Part shown: positions 63,162-64,000 of the stretch, one piece after another | Layout: each line of letters begins with the position of its first letter | How positions within the stretch are numbered: position 1 is the first letter of the stretch | Assembly: GCA_965224195.1 (NCBI GenBank) | Contig: OZ245040.1 | Location: forward strand, 352,001-416,000 | DNA from: Nitrosopumilus sp. | GTDB lineage: Archaea; Thermoproteota; Nitrososphaeria; Nitrososphaerales; Nitrosopumilaceae | Length of the DNA: 64,000 bases | Direction of reading: 5' to 3' | Notes under the pieces: model-generated | Databases searched by the model: none | Told to the model about the DNA's origin: nothing | What the model saw: only the letters and a program-made list of their open reading frames with translations | Position numbers and translations under genes: made by a program

Positions 63162-64000
63162 GTGAGCGAATTCCCTATCTCTTTAACTAATAATTTATTT
63201 GAAAATAAGATCGTTTTAGTAACAGGTGGTTGCGGCTTTTTAGGTTCATGGGTGTGTAAATCGGTATTGAACAGTGGTGGAAGCATTATCTGTATTGATA
63301 ATCTTGCCACTTCATCAGATAAAAATTTGAATACATTAAAAGATTTTAAAAATTTTAAATTTCTTCAAAAAGATGTTAAAGAATTAGATATAGATACTCT
63401 TCCAGGATCTGATTATGTTTTTCATTTTGCTAGCAGAGCTGCTCCAGATAATTATAAACTTCATCCAATTGATACTCTTGAAACCAACTCATTTGGAACT
63501 AAAAAAATGTTAGAATATTCTTTAAAAAATTCTTCAACATTTGTATTTAGTTCAACATCTGAAATCTATGGAAATCCAACACTCATTCCAACATCTGAAA
63601 CATATTATGGCTATGTAAATACAATTGGAGAAAGATCATGTTATGATGAAGGGAAAAGATATGCTGAATCATTAATTCATGCATATATTCAAGAATTTAA
63701 CATTGATACAAGAATTTTAAGAATTTTTAACACATATGGACCTGGTATTAGACCTGATGGAAGTTATGGACGTGCAGTTTCTAGATTCATTTTACAATGC
63801 TTGAAAAATGATCCTATTACTATTTATGGTGATGGTTCCAATACTCGCTCATTTAGTTACGTCACCGATACTATTTCTGGTATTTTTTCTGTATTGGGAG
63901 AAAAATCTTTCAAAGGAAGACCTGTAAATATTGGAAATGATAAAGAAGTTTCAATTCTTTCTCTTGCTAATTTAATTATAAAATTAACAAATAGTTCTTC
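63162..64000 (+). CDS. UDP-glucuronate decarboxylase (UDP-xylose synthase)-like SDR, 3'-truncated by window edge (not in ORF track)
   Basis: Hand-translated from GTG 63162: VLVTGGCGFLGS, FSSTSEIYG, VNTIGERSCYDEGKRYAE, RIFNTYGP, TRSFSYV. Confidence 0.85.
   Translation, partial: MSEFPISLTNNLFENKIVLVTGGCGFLGSWVCKSVLNSGGSIICIDNLATSSDKNLNTLKDFKNFKFLQKDVKELDIDTLPGSDYVFHFASRAAPDNYKLHPIDTLETNSFGTKKMLEYSLKNSSTFVFSSTSEIYGNPTLIPTSETYYGYVNTIGERSCYDEGKRYAESLIHAYIQEFNIDTRILRIFNTYGPGIRPDGSYGRAVSRFILQCLKNDPITIYGDGSNTRSFSYVTDTISGIFSVLGEKSFKGRPVNIGNDKEVSILSLANLIIKLTNSS

Larger units (their letters stand above)
40857..64000. other. Cell-surface glycan biosynthesis island (continues past window end)
   Basis: Uninterrupted run of glycosyltransferase, nucleotide-sugar and modification genes with frequent strand switching; visibly more A/T-rich than tes or cdc48. 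Confidence 0.85.

Noticed and set aside
63080-63310. 76-aa minus-strand ORF
   Set aside because: It is antisense to the sulfotransferase end and the UDP-GlcA decarboxylase-like gene starting at 63162.

Overview
This AT-rich, gene-dense window looks like the chromosome of a marine ammonia-oxidising archaeon (Nitrosopumilus-like Nitrososphaerota). The assignment is inferred from AglB, aIF2-alpha/Nop10, GatDE, Cdc48, pelota, tetraether synthase Tes, anaerobic cobalamin genes, bacterial-type MetK and GrpE-DnaK-DnaJ. Positions 1-40.8 kb are core genome. They include tRNA-Gln(UUG), tRNA-Leu(CAG), SRP RNA, an unannotated C/D-box guide RNA and four small ORFs missed by the ORF track (Nop10, a 39-aa membrane peptide and two 54-aa Cys/His proteins). 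From about 40.9 kb to the end is a surface-glycan biosynthesis island. It holds seven GT4 glycosyltransferases, two nucleotide-sugar dehydrogenases, three SDR epimerase/decarboxylases, a flippase, three methyltransferases, a sulfotransferase and an unusual keto-deoxy-acid module (KpsS-like transferase, short NeuB, GmhA, KdsC-like HAD phosphatase, NeuA). No CRISPR array, IS element, integrase or rRNA was seen. The best leads are the ulosonic-acid module, the C/D guide predicted to methylate C34 of tRNA-Leu(CAA), a possibly split nucleotide-sugar dehydrogenase around DUF354, and candidate operators between trmB and tes. All calls come from motif recognition only; no database searches were run.
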